Origin: Squalus acanthias
Lineage: Eukaryota
Direction of reading: 5' to 3'
NCBI GenBank assembly: GCA_030390025.1
Contig: CM059425.1
Location: 173,726,001-173,790,000, forward strand
DNA length: 64,000 nucleotides
Shown here in pieces: positions 37,511 to 50,479 of this stretch. Numbering within the stretch: position 1 is the first letter of the stretch; the number at the start of each line of letters is the position of its first letter. Position numbers and translations under genes: made by a program. The notes below the pieces were generated by a model. It saw only the letters and a list, made by a program, of their open reading frames with translations, had not been told where the DNA came from and searched no databases.

Positions 37511-38963
37511 CAATTTTTGTGTACACTTATTGCATCAAAATTCAAGAGAGGAGGGAAGAAAATTGGGGTAGAGGAATGGGAGAGCATTCACTTTCTGAAT
37601 AGCTAGTACTGGGTTTATGTCCTTAGGCCACTGTCACTCATATCTCCTGCCAAGAATAAGATGATTGTTGTTGATTTTCAGCCAACCAGATACGTGATCC
37701 TTGCAGAAGCTGTGAATTTAGTGGGCTGTGTTCAGGGAAGTTGACTGCAGTTGGAGAAGTCAGCTGAAGGAAAATCTATAGGAAATAAATCTGGAGCTAA
37801 AAATAAAGTACAAGAAAGCCCAAAATAATGTTAGATGAGTTGTGCAAATTTACACCTGTAGTAGTATTATGATCCTGCTCAAGCCGGTACTGACACTGAC
37901 TGCTAGGTATTGGTTCAGTTCGTCCTTATTGGCATTCCTGGCTACTACATGTGCAGGAATAAGGGTTCCACTTCTAATGTGTATAAAATAAAATTGTGTG
38001 ACATTCAAGGGCAAAGGTTTAGTTCAGATGCCCTCTGACATTATTTACTGTAGGCTGTTGCACATTCTGTCAATTAGCAGGAAACAGTAAAAAGTGTATT
38101 TCCATGCAAGTCCTAGTCAGCCAGTCACATTCAAGGGTTTTGTCTGAGAATGTAAAAATACATCTCATTAACTCTGAAGAGCTTTACATTCAAGCTTGAC
38201 ACTGTAACCACACTGCCTACACCAAATGCTACCCACACACTCATTCTTTTTCTAGTTACTGGAAGACTACCATTACACAGCATCCATTTTGAACTGTTTT
38301 TTATATGTTAGATCATATGTAAAGTAGATTCAGGCAGCTCAAAATCAGTAGAAAATCCTTAATTTATGCTCTGCAGTATAACAGTGTATGCTCTAGGTAT
38401 ATAAATTCAGTTAGTGAAAATTGTTTATTAATTGTTAAGGCAAGTATTTAGCTGTAAAAGTAATTTGATCAATAACTAATTTTATAGAAGCTTTTCATTA
38501 ACATATATAAATGTCAGATTTCTACAGCTCATTCCTAAACTACAATTTAAATATTAACTCTGAAGCTGCTGGGATCTGCACCTGATTTTGCTACAACTGC
38601 ATTAGACTATCCTTTTCATTGTTTCTTAAGATTAATCCCCACATCCCATATATTTTTTTTTAGCAAGCTTGTAATACGACTATATATGGTGCCCATGTCC
38701 CCAGTGGGTAGCTTTTCTTGAAGGGAGCATGAGTTGGCGACAGAGCTACAACAGTATTGCTCTGATACTCCGACCACACTCCCTTCTAATGTGGCTGCTG
38801 ATGGGAGTTGGAAGTCAGTGAATTTACCCTTGTATCTGTGTGTTATCTTTTACATCTGAGATGGATTTATTTGTAATGACACATAGAACAAAACATCACG
38901 CACTCTTACAAATCCATCAGTCATCTCGCTCATCAGTTAATTTATATATTTTTTTACCTAGTG

Positions 38964-39225
38964 CAGTAAATTCTTTCTTATCCGGCACCTACGGGACCAG
39001 GATGGTGCCGGTTGATGAAAAATTCTGGATAACAGAGAGGTATACCTACCAAGGCAATTTTTAACACAAACAAAAATAAAAACCACTGACTAACTCGGCC
39101 ACCGCGGGAGACTCGGACTCGGCAAAACGAGTGCTGGATGGATTCGGCAAGATTACCGGTTATCTATTTTGCCGGTTATTTAAGTATTCCGGATGATTAA
39201 GTGCCGTTTAAACAAGAGTTTACTG
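38964..39225. mobile_element. Tigger/Tc1-mariner MITE
   Basis: TIR cagtaaattct..tatccggcac / gtgccgtttaaacaagagtttactg; TA on the right, TG on the left; related to 42535-42897. Confidence 0.75.
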
Positions 39226-40071
39226 TACTTCATTCTAGATTACCCTTCTTCAGACCTGAACATCTAGTCTCATCCTCACAGTCCTTATGACCTCTGCAAC
39301 CTGATTTCCAATATCAGTTTCTACAATGGGGAGCAGAGCCAGGAAACGTCAGAGTAAAACCAGGCTTATTTGTTGGTTGAAAAGCTCCTTGAGAATTGTT
39401 TTTTCACCCAGTACAAAGTTACTTTATTGAAGCTTGACTAAATCGAAATCAAAAATGAAATAATAAATGGATGACAGAAATTCTTGCCAGTGAAAGAAAG
39501 AAAAGCCCACAGAAACAGTTATGTTGGCCAAGGTAGCTGAAACATGATTCCACATCAATTGGGCAAGTGATTTGTCGCAGTGCCACATTACATGACAAAT
39601 ACTGCAATTATTATCCTACAGTGCAAGGTTCTCTACTCATTTTAATTTTAAGCAGTAGCATGTTTTTAAGTGCCAGTGTCTAAAGTGGTAGGACATTTCC
39701 AGCTGGTTACTATAACAGCTGTTGTGCAGTCTGCATGTGCTCTGCTTTAATTCAAACTCTTAACACTGAGGGAGTTGAGCTCTTGCTACTGTACAAGCAG
39801 CTGCTACAATTTAGTGTACTTTTAGCGAAGGGGAAAAACCTGTTTAGTGCCAACATGGCTATTGTTTGGAAGTTCTTTGCTGGATGAATCCACTCTAACC
39901 TAGATCAACTACTGTCTAGTTTGATTCAGTCAGTATATGAGATGATCTACCCTTAATAATGTCAGTCAGGGAACTGAGCTTACCATAAACTTTCAAAAAT
40001 AGTCATCCTGGCACAAAATTAATAGCATTTTTCACTTTCACTGAGCAGAAAAAATGATTGATAGAAACATA

Positions 40072-40748
40072 AGTCCCGATTTTAACTGAGAGTGGGAATC
40101 AGGTGGTGTCAAAACCTCCTGACTTTGGCAACATTAGCACTGGGTCATTTTAACTCCCAGGCCTTATTTGCATGCCGCTGGTCAGCTGACCGCCCAAAAT
40201 GGGCAGAATTGGCAGCTGGTTGGTGGGTGGCCGCTGAATTTCTGGTGGCAGGAGGTTGCCGGCTAGCACCAAAGGAACTGTCGCTGGCAACAAGGCAAGT
40301 GGTGAGGAGGAGGTTTGATGAGGGTCTCGCAGGAAGGACGTGGGGGAGCCTTTGGTAGGAGAGGCAAGCATTCCTTGTGTGGTCAGGAGAAGTAGTCCTG
40401 CTCCTCCTGACCACACAAGGAAAGTATAAAAAAAGTTTTCGCAAACATACCTGTTTGTGCCTCCTCTGGACCTGCATCCTCGTCCGCTGTCTTCACCTGG
40501 TAGGAAAGCAATAACAGCTTCCCCGCTCAGGCCATAGTTAATATTGCAGTCAGGACCCAATGATATAGTTGGACCCTGATCTGCATATTTATAGAAGGAC
40601 CCCACTAGCTTCAGATGGGCATCCTTGCCACCTGCTCAGAAGATCAGGTTCGTTTGAAGAAGGTGGGATCAGTGTTAAACATCAGTGGACGATTTTAACT
40701 GCCTATCCGTCCTCTTTTCACCAGGCGGGCAGGGTTAAGATTGTCCCT
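40072..40748. mobile_element. Old PIF/Harbinger-like non-autonomous element
   Basis: Imperfect TIR agtcccgattttaac / gttaagattgtccct, flanked by ata on both sides. Confidence 0.6.
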
Positions 40749-41289
40749 ATAGTGTAGGACATTTCCAAGTAAATTCATTTTTGAAAAATGTGAATGATGG
40801 CAATAAAGGGAGTCACATCCCATTTAAACAGAAGCAACTTTTAAGTGAAGTTTTAAAAATAGACATCAATGATTTAAAGTATATATGTATTGACAGTTAT
40901 TTCTGAGTAATCAATTGTAGATTATGAATTGATAAATTTGCAATGATTATGTCATAGTCAGTGATTCTTTAGTGTGGACATCATTACATAGTATTTAAGG
41001 CACAGAAACAGGCCATTTGGCCCAACAGGTCCATGCAAGTGTTTATGCTCCACATTTATCTGTGTTGAACTTCATTTGCCAATTATATGCCCATTCTGCA
41101 AGTTTATTAATGTCCTCCTGTAACTTGTTGCTATCCCCCCAATTTGGTGTCATCCGCAAATTTAGAAATTGTGTTTTTGATTACTAAGTCTAAATCGTTA
41201 ATGTAAATTGTGAACAGCAGTGGTCCCAGCACTGATCCTTGTGGAACACCACTACCCACTCTCTGCCACTGTGAATAGCTACCCTTCAC

Positions 41290-41898
41290 AAGAGGAATTG
41301 AGTCTCAGAGTAAAAATATCTTACTGCAATTATGTTGAGCTCAGGTGAGACCACACCTGGGGTATTGTATATAGTTTTGGTCTCCTTACCTATGGAAGGA
41401 TATACTTGCCATAGAGGGATTGCAACGAAGTTTCTTTGGATGAGGAGATTGTCCTATGAGGAGAGATTGAGTGGACTCGGCCTATATTCTCTCGAGTTTA
41501 GAAGAATTAGAGGTGATCTCATTGAAACATGCAGAATTCTGACATGGTTTAACAGGGTAGATGCAGGGAGGATGTTTACACTGTCTGGGGAATCTAGAAC
41601 CAGGGGTCACAATCTCAGAATAAGGGGTCGGCCATTTAGGACTGAGATGAGGACAAATTTCTTCACTCAGAGGGTGGTGAATCTTTGGAATTCTCTACTC
41701 CAGAGGGCTGTGGAGGATCCGTCGTTGAGTATATTTGAGGCAGACATCGGTAGATCTTTGGATATTAAGGGAATCAAGGGATAAGGGGAAAATGCAGGAA
41801 AGTGGAGTTGAGGTAGAAGATTAGCCATGATTTTGTTGAATGGCGGAGCAGGCTTGATGGGCCGAATGGCCTAGTCTTGCTCCTATTTCTTATGTTCT
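41290..41898 (+). mobile_element. CR1 3' fragment nested in the opposite orientation
   Basis: LSYEERLSGLGLYSLEFRRIRGDLIET...FFTQRVVNLWNSL; tttcttatgttctt tail. Confidence 0.9.
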
Positions 41899-42534
41899 TT
41901 ACTCCTACACTCTGCTTTCTGTCCTGAAGCCAGCCAGCAATCCTTTCTGCTACTTGTCCCCTGACTCCGCATTCTCTGACCTTGCTCATCAGTCTATTAT
42001 GGGGTACCTTATCGAAGGCCTTTTGAAAATCCAGATAAATTACATCTACTGCATTACCATTGTCTACTCTCTCTGTTACCTCTTCAAAAAATTCAATAAG
42101 GTTGGTCAAGCAAGACTTTTCCTTTTGAAATCCATGTTGACCATTCATTGTTATATTTTTGGTTTCTAGATGTTCTTTTATTATTTTTCCTACCACCGAT
42201 ATTAAGCTGACTGGTCTATAATTCCCTGGACATGTTCTATCCCCCTTCTTAAATATCGGTATTACGTTAGCTATCCGCCAGTCCTCTGGCACTATACCTT
42301 TTTCTAACTAATTATTAAATATGCATAGTAATGCCTCTGCTATCTCTTCCCTAGATTCTTTTAAAATGTGTGGATGCAATCCATCCTGACCAGGGGTTTT
42401 ATCCTCTTTGAGTTTGATTAATTTATTTAATATATCCCCTTTTTTATTTTGAATGCACTTTTCTCATTTCTAATCTCATCATCCAATGTAATGTCCACCT
42501 GTTCTATCTCCCTGGTAAATACTGAAGCAAAATA

Positions 42535-42897
42535 CAGGAAACTCTCTTTTAACCGGCACCCAAATAACCGGAAATCTCTCTTAACCGGCAAAATTCTTGA
42601 GTAGGTAACCGGGGTTTTCCTTCATCTCTCCTTTAAAAATAACTTTAAAAAAACCCAGAGGCGTTTACCTTGTATCGGAGCATGTAGATTGGGAGGGGAA
42701 TGTGCAGCCCGGGTAGGCAGCGGACACGACAGATGGTCAGCTGGCGGTCCCCGGGGAGACGGAGCTCCGAATGCAGGCGCATGTCAATGTATACGGGGCT
42801 CTCGTACGTTGGGAGATATAACTCTCCGTTATCCGGACTTTTTGATTAACCGGCACCACGCCGGTCCCGTCGGTGCCGGTTAATAAAGAGTTTCCTG
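42535..42897. mobile_element. Tigger/Tc1-mariner MITE
   Basis: TIR caggaaactctcttttaaccggcac / gtgccggttaataaagagtttcctg; TA TSD on both sides. Confidence 0.92.
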
Positions 42898-43150
42898 TAA
42901 TTATTTAATATTTCTGCCATCTCTCTATCGTTACCTGTGGTATTATCCTGTCTATCCCTTAATGGCCCTATTCCCAGCCCAACCTTCCTTTTTTATTGAT
43001 GTGCCTATAAAATATTTTTCTATTTTGTTTTATGTTCCTTGATAATTTAATTTCATAGTTCCTCTTTGCCTCCCTAATTGTTTTTTGACTTCTCTCCTAA
43101 TCTTTTCGTATTCTCTCTTATCATGCACTCCCCTGCTGTCTATGTACTTA

Positions 43151-43830
43151 GGGCTGGATTTTCATTGACCCGTGGAGGCGGGTTTGGAGGCATGTGGGGG
43201 GTTAAAATTGCGAAAACTGGCAGGTGGGCACAAGTCCGCCTCCATCCCGCCTCCATGCAATTTTCATTAAATCGTGTCTGCTGGTCCCGACTCCGTCCTG
43301 CCTTTAAGAGGCGGGATAGGTTGTTAAGGCCCTTAACAAGCACTAAATTGGCTCTATAATGCCATTTTGAAAGGCCTTTGTGATTTTAACCCTTGTTATA
43401 CGTGAAGCACGCCTGTTCTGAACCACGATTGTGAAACCTGGCGGGAGCACATTTGTATATGGATAGTTCAGGCAGGCAGGCAATGGGGATGGATGTATAT
43501 ATGGATGGATGGAGAGGAGACATATCTGGGAGTGGTGGTGTAAAAATATCTAGGCGCAGACTTAGGGCTGCTGCTGCTCATTTTGCAGGTCCTCTCACAG
43601 CAAAGGCCAGGCAGTGTTTGAAGACCTTCAATGCAGCAGCAATGATGACATCATCAGAGGCGACTTTCAGACTGAAAACACTAATTGGTTCATGGGTTCC
43701 CACATGCTGGAACTCAATTGCCCAATTAGGTGAAAATTGCATCAATCTCCCACATCCAATTGCAGTCGGGTGGATAACACGAAAAGTGGATGACACGACC
43801 CCAACCCGCCCCAGTATCAAAATCCAGCTC
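43151..43830. mobile_element. PIF/Harbinger non-autonomous element
   Basis: TIR gggctggatttt / aaaatccagctc; TTA TSD on both sides. Confidence 0.88.
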
Positions 43831-44524
43831 TTAATGTATGCCTCTTTCCTTACCCTCAATTGTTCCCTTATGGCTTTATTCATCCATTATAGATTGCTTG
43901 AGAATTATTCTTGTGATTTAGGATGCTCTTTGATTCATTTACTCCCCTTTAATTACTCCCATGTATTTATTATTTTCTATAAAGGGAAATAACTTTATAC
44001 TTCCAGAACCTTGTGGGTAGCATGTGCAAAATCCTTGCGCAGTAGAGCCCACTGAAGGGAAAGGTTTTCTCTGTGTGGTATGCGTGGTGAAGTCTTAAAT
44101 GTGTTTATAAAGAGTGTATTTACAATTTTACTGATAAGATCAAGCTCCATTTTGAAAGGAGACACATGCCTTAATTTGGAGTTGGAGATAGAGTTGTTAC
44201 TACTACAGTTTTGTCAAAAATAAGAAAACTGAAAAAAATATATAAGGTAAGTGTGGCTGTGCATTCCTGCTTACCTGGAACCTCGCTTTATTTCCAATAT
44301 ATTTCGCAGTGCTTGGAGTGACATGATAATTTAGTAATTAAACCTTCTAAGTGACTTGAACGATAGGGTGGAGGGAGACATCGCAAACTTGTTTAACTAT
44401 ACACATTAATAAAAAAAACTTTAAAGAACAAATTGACCTCAGAAAGTACATTAAACTTGTATTCAAGCAAACTCCTTTAATTGTAAAAGAGAAAGAAAAT
44501 TAATTGCAGTAAAATTGAAAAAAA

Positions 44525-45448
44525 TGATGAGTCCAATGCGGGACCTACAGTCTCTGTCACAGGTGGGGCAGACGGTGGTTGAAGGGGTGGGTGGGTGGGG
44601 TGCTTGGGTTGACGTGCGCTCCTTGCGCTGCTTGCGCTGCTTGCGCTTGCTCCCGGCGAAGAGACTCGAGGTATTCGGCGCTTTCCCGGATGCTTCTCCT
44701 CCACTTTGTGCGGTCTTGGGCCAGTGATTCCCAGGTGTCGGTGGGGATGTTACACTTTTTCAAGGAGGCTTTGAGGGTGTCCTTGAAGCGTTTCCTCTGC
44801 CCACCTGGGGCTCTCTTGCCGTGTCGGAGCTCCGAGTAGAGCGCTTGTTTTGGGAGTCTCGTATCGGGCATGCGGACGATGTGACCCGTCCATCGGAGCT
44901 GATCGAGCGTGGTCAAAGCTTCGATGCTGGGGATGTTGGCCTGAGCGAGAACACTGATGTTGGTGCGCCTATCCTGCCAATGGATTTGCAGGATCTTACG
45001 GAGGCAGCGTTGGTGGTACCTCTCCAGTACTTTGAGGTGCCTGCTGTACATGGTCCATGTCTCTGAGGCATACAGCAGGGCGGGTATCACTACTGCTCTG
45101 TAGACCATGAGCTTGGTGCTGGGTTTGAGGTCCTGGTCTTCAAACACTCTCTTCCTCAGGCGACCGAAGGCTGCACTGGCACACTGAAGGCGGTGTTGGA
45201 CTTCGTTATCGACGTCTGCCCTTGTTGACAGTAGGCTCCTGAGGTATGGAAAGTGGTCCACGTTGTCCAAGGCCTTGTCGTGGATTTTGATAATCGGGGG
45301 GCAGTACTGTGTGGCGGGGGCAGGTTGGTAGAGGACCTTTGTCTTACGGATGTTTAGTGTAAGGCCCATGCTCTTGTACGCTTCGATGAAGGTTTTAACG
45401 ATGGTTTGGAGTTCGACCTCCGAGTGTGCGCCCACGCAAGCATCGTCC
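44525..45448 (-). mobile_element. RTE (BovB-like) LINE fragment lacking its 3' tail
   Basis: 292-aa ORF nearly identical to the 34617-36686 copy. Confidence 0.93.
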
Positions 45449-45507
45449 TATTCACTGTTCTTGGGGTAGAATGTGAAAACATACTTGAAAGCATCGTTCT
45501 ATTTCAT

Positions 45508-45994
45508 TCAGCAACCTATTTGCAGAGGTTGCCCTTTGCTGAAGTGAGTGCCCCAGGTAAGGAGGTGAGTAAAGATTGTATGAGTGGTACAGGATGTGCT
45601 TTGACTTAACTTGACTACCTTTGTGTGGTCAGTGAACCTCTTCCTGCATTGTGTGGAAATTCTTGGGGTGGTGGAGGTTTCACTGACTACCTCCGCCATC
45701 TCCATCCAGAGAATCTGCTGCACCCTTAAAAGGGCTTCCTGCCCCAGTACCCGACAGTTTGCTTCTTCTGACCCTCACTTCAGAAAATAATGTTCCCCTT
45801 TAACTGACTACATCATTTTAAAGATTGCAGCAGAATTGAATTTCAGTAAACTTACCAGGAGTGATATTACCGCTCCAAACTGCATAGCAAATGAGCATCC
45901 TAGGAGGAACTTGCAACAGGTTGGCGGTGGATTCATATTATCAGGCGGTATTCCTCCTGTGCTGCTGATCCGCCAATGGGAGGAGAATTCAGCT
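45508..45994 (-). mobile_element. Harbinger 5' fragment with Myb/SANT-like DNA-binding ORF remnant
   Basis: WMEMAEVVSETSTTPRISTQCRKRFTDHTKVVK trihelix motif; TIR-like end gaattcagctc at ~45984-45994. Confidence 0.65.
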
Positions 45995-46028
45995 CATATT
46001 GTTCAGACAATCAGATCATAGAATCATA

Positions 46029-49000
46029 GGGCTGGATTTTACCAACCTTGGCGGGTCCGTGGTGGGCGATGTCAGTGGCGGGTCCTGACCCCGCTGCTGG
46101 CTCCAGCCCGCTGTCCAAAATGATTTCCCCCTGATTGAGCTTGTTAAGCCCGCCCAGCGCATTTGCCGGCCAATTGAATGAAGTGGGTCTGATGATGTTA
46201 TTTGATGATGTGTCATCAGCCGGTTTCCTTAAAGGGACAATGCGCAAATTTACTTTGGCAGTTGTGCTGTCAGTGTTCTACAGCATTAAGGTGCTGCAAA
46301 CACTGACCAGCACTGCACAGGGGTGCACGGCTGCACCCAGGCTCTCCCATGACTCCCTCCATATGCTTATGGAGGGAGTCACAGCACGCAGGGAGGTTCT
46401 CTTCCCTTCCAATGGGCGGAAGAGACCTCCCCAGGAGATCAACGCAGCCTGGTTGCACATTGCACAGGAAACCTTTCAATGACCTCAGTAGATCACGAAA
46501 CGTTACTGCAAAGCCACACTCAACCTCATCCTGCTGTGCCACTCATCACATCCCCATCACTCTGCTTTCCCTACCCTACTTCTGCACATCCTTACTCACA
46601 CCAACTTACCTTGCACCCCCACCCATCCCTCTCTATTTACATTATCACTACCCCATCTCACTAGCCACTCCTCACACTCACCCTCATCCTAGTCCAATCA
46701 TACCAACTAACATCACACAAGGATAGGCACGTGTCTGTTTTAGCCAATGTTCATGTGAAGTTTCTGTTAATGTGCTGTCAAACATTGAAATCTTTATTTT
46801 CAACACTTTGCATTCTTGGACAGATTTGTGTGAACCTTTGGAAGTGGCTTAGTGAGTTGCAGTGAATGGTGAGACATAACGGTACCCCCCGCAATGGTGA
46901 TGAGTGTGAAAGGAATGGCTTGGGCTTTGTATAGATGCTTTATGGTGTTGGTGTGGGGTGGTGCCAACCTGGCGCATCATGTGGCATCCAGGGTGTACAG
47001 CGTCAAGTGAAGTAAATCTGGCTATGGTGAGGCCATCCCTGGCATGCCGGGCAGCAGTGTGATGATGCCCTGTGTCCTGTGCAGCATCAGTTGATTGCAG
47101 AGAAGGTTGGTGTTGTTGTTGGTGCTGCTGGTGTTGGGGCTGATCGTGCTGGGATTAAAAAAAAATTGTTTATGGATGTGGGCGTTGCTGGCAAGGCCAG
47201 CATTTATTGCCCATCCCTAATTGCCCTCGGGAAGGTGGTGGTGAGCCGCCGCCTTAAACCGCTGCAGTTCGTGTGGTGAAGATACTCCCACAGTGCTGTT
47301 AGGTAGGGAGTTCCAGGATTTTGACCCAGCGACGATGAAGGATCGGCGATATACTTCTAAGTCAGGATGGTGTGTGACTTGGAGGGGAACTTGGAGATGG
47401 TGGTGTTCCCATGCGCCTGCTGCCCTTGTCCTTCTAGGTGGAAGAGGTCGCAGGTTTGGGAGGTGCTGCCGAAGAAGCCTTGGCGAGTTGCTACAATGCA
47501 TCTTGTAGATGGTACACACTGCAGCCATGGTACGCCAGTGGTGGAGGGAGTGAATGTTTAAGTGGTGGATGGGGTGCCAGTCAAGTGGGTTGCTTTGTCG
47601 TGGATGGTGTCGAGCTTCTTGAGTGTTGGAGCTGCACTCATCCAGGCAAGTGGAGAGTATTCCATCACACTCCTTACTTGTGCCTTGTAGATGGTGGAAA
47701 GGCTTTGGGGGGTCAGGAGGTGAGACACTCGTCGCAGAATACCTAGCCTCTGACCTGCTCTTGTTGCCACAGTATTTATGTGGCTGGTCCAGTTAAGTTT
47801 CTGGTCAATGGTGACCCCGAGGATGTTGATGGTGGGGGATTTGGCGATGGTAATGCCGTTGAATGTGAAGGGGAGGTGATTAGACTCTCGCTTGTTGGAG
47901 ATAGCCATTGCCTGGCACTTCTGTGGCGCGAATGTTACCTTCCACGTATCAGCCCAAGCCTGAACGTCGTCCAGGTCTTGTTGCATGCGGGCATGGACTG
48001 CTTCATTATCTGAGGAGTTGTGAATGGTGCTGAACACTGTGCAGTCATCAGTGAACATCCCCATTTCTGACCTTATGTTGGAGGGAAGGTCATTGATGAA
48101 GCAGCTGAAGATGGTTGGGCCTAGGACACTGCCCTGAGGAACTCCTGCAGCGATGTCCTGGGGCTGTGATGATTGACCTTTAACCACCACAACCATCTTC
48201 CTTTGTGCTAGGTATGACTCCAGCCAGTGGAGAGTTTTCCCCCCGATTCCCACTGACTTCAGTTTTACTAGGGCTCCTTGATGCCACTCTTGGTCAAATG
48301 CTGCCTTGATGTCAAGGGCAGTTACTCTCACCTCACCTCTGGAATTCAGCTCCTTTGTCCATGTTTGGACCAAGGCTGTAATAGGTCGGGAGCCGAGTGG
48401 TCTTGGCGGAACCCAAACTGGGCATCAGTGAGCAAGGTTTTGGTGAGTAAGTGCCGCTTGATAGCACTGTCGATGACACCTTCCATCACTTTGCTGATGA
48501 TTGAGAGTAGACTGATGGGGCGGTAATTGGTCGGGTTGGATTTGTCTTGCTTTTTGTGGACAGGAGATACCTGGGCAGTTTTCCACATTGTCGGATAGAT
48601 GCCAGTGTTGTAGCTGTACTGGAACAGCTTGGCTAGAGGTGCAGTTAGTTCTGGAGCACAAGTCTTCAGCACGATAGCTGGGATGTTGTTGGGGCCCATA
48701 GCCTTTGCTGTATCCAGTGCGCTCAGCCGTTTCTTGATGTCACGTGGAGTGAATTGAATTGGCTGAAGACTGGCTTCTGTGATGGTGGGGACCTCAGGAG
48801 TAGGCCGATATGGATCATCCACTCGGCACTTCTGGCTGAAGATGGTTGCAAATGCTTCAGCCTTGTCTTTTGCACTCACGTGCTGGGCTCCACCATCATT
48901 GAGGATGGGGATATTCATGGAGCCTCCTCCTCCCGTTAGTTGTTTAATGGTCCACCACCATTGACGACTGGATGTGGCAGGACTGCAGAGCTTTGATCTG

Positions 49001-50479
49001 ATCCATTGATTGTGGGACCGCTTAGCCCTGTCTATAACATGCTGCTTCCGCTTTTTAGCATGCATATAGTCCTGTGTTGCAGCTTCCCCAGGTTGGCACC
49101 TCATTTTTAGGTACGCCTGGTGCTGCTCCTGGCATGCTCTTCTACACTCCTTATTGAACCAGGGTTGGTCCCCTGGCTTGGTGGTAATCGTAGAGTGAGG
49201 GATATGCCGGGCCATGAGGTTAGAGATTGTGGTGGAATACAATTCTGCTGATGGCCCACAGCGCCTCATGGATACCCAGTTTTGATCTGCTAGATCTGTT
49301 CTGAATCTTCCCATTTAGCACGGTGGTAGTGCCACACAACACGATGGAGGGTGTCCTCAGTGTGAAGACGGGACTTCGTCTCCACAATGACTGTGCGGTG
49401 GTCACTGCTACCAATACTGTCATGGACAGATGCATCTGCAACAGGTAGATTGGTGAGGACGAGGTCAAGTAGGTTTTTCCCTCATGTTGATTCTCTCACC
49501 ACCTGTCGCAGGTCCAGACTGGCAGCTATATCCTTCAGGACTCGGCCAGCTCGGTCAGTAGTGGTGCTACCGAGCCACTCTTGGTGATGGACATTGAAGT
49601 CCCCCACCCAGAGTACTTTCTGTGCCCTTGCTACTCTCAGTGCTTCTTCCAAGTGGTGTTCAACATGGAGGAGTACTGATTCATCAGCTGAGGGAGGGTG
49701 GTAGGTGGTAATCAGCAGGAGGTTTCCTTGCCCATGCTTGACCTGAAGCCATGAGACTTCATGGGGTCCGGAGTCAATGTTGAGAACTCCCAGGGCCACT
49801 CCTTCCCGACTGCATACCACTGTGCCACCACCCCTGGTGGGTCTGTCCTGCCGGTGGGACAGGACATACCCAGGGATGGTGATGGGGAGTTTGGGACATT
49901 GGATTCTGAGAACCAAGGTGAGATAGTTTCAAGGGCATCGATGCTGGTGTAATAGATGGCAGGTGAACTTGAGATGACAGAAGTGATCTGTCAATGGTGA
50001 GAGAGGTTGTTCCAATGAGGTGACACTGGATAGAGAGTTTACTCCAAAAACTTGCAACCTGCATAAAGCTCAATCTGTCTTGCAAATGCAGTAAGCAACA
50101 GCTTCTGAGCTTGGAAAGTGAAAAGATGTGAAATGGGAGCTTTTAGAGCACATTTGCAGCTGTCAAGTAATGAGATGATTCCATGGTCATACAACTCCTG
50201 ACTTGCTTACCTGACGTGATCCCCGAGCAGCATGGACCCTGTGGGCGACCTTGTAAAATGTAAAGGTGGGCTCAAAATACTTTTTAATGGGTTGTTAACA
50301 AGGTCATAATAACCTGAATTGCCTCCCCCGCCGCTGCATGTCAGGTCTGTTCAGCGCTGACAGACCTAACATCTGGGAAAGGTGCATTGCGGCAGGTTAA
50401 CAGCAGGGTCCCAACCCGCTGTCAAAAAAAAACATTTTCCCACCGAACACGCCCGCTGACCCCAAAACAAATTCCCCCC
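46029..50479 (+). mobile_element. PIF/Harbinger element with Myb/SANT remnant, containing a LINE
   Basis: gggctggatttt...caaattcccccc ends, TSD ata; AAPRLSHDSLHMLMEGVTARREVLFP...AAWLHIAQE...FNDL peptide. Confidence 0.8.
47157..49900 (-). mobile_element. Family D LINE, endonuclease plus RT (longest copy)
   Basis: HRQDRPTRGGGT...[43 protein letters not shown]; possible TSD ggatt (47152-47156, 49901-49905). Confidence 0.9.

Larger units (their letters stand above)
40985..43990 (-). mobile_element. CR1 LINE with internal deletion and three nested insertions
   Basis: PEDWRIANVIPIFKKG...NYRPVSL...YLDFQKAFDKVPH; tail at ~40985-41050. Confidence 0.85.
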
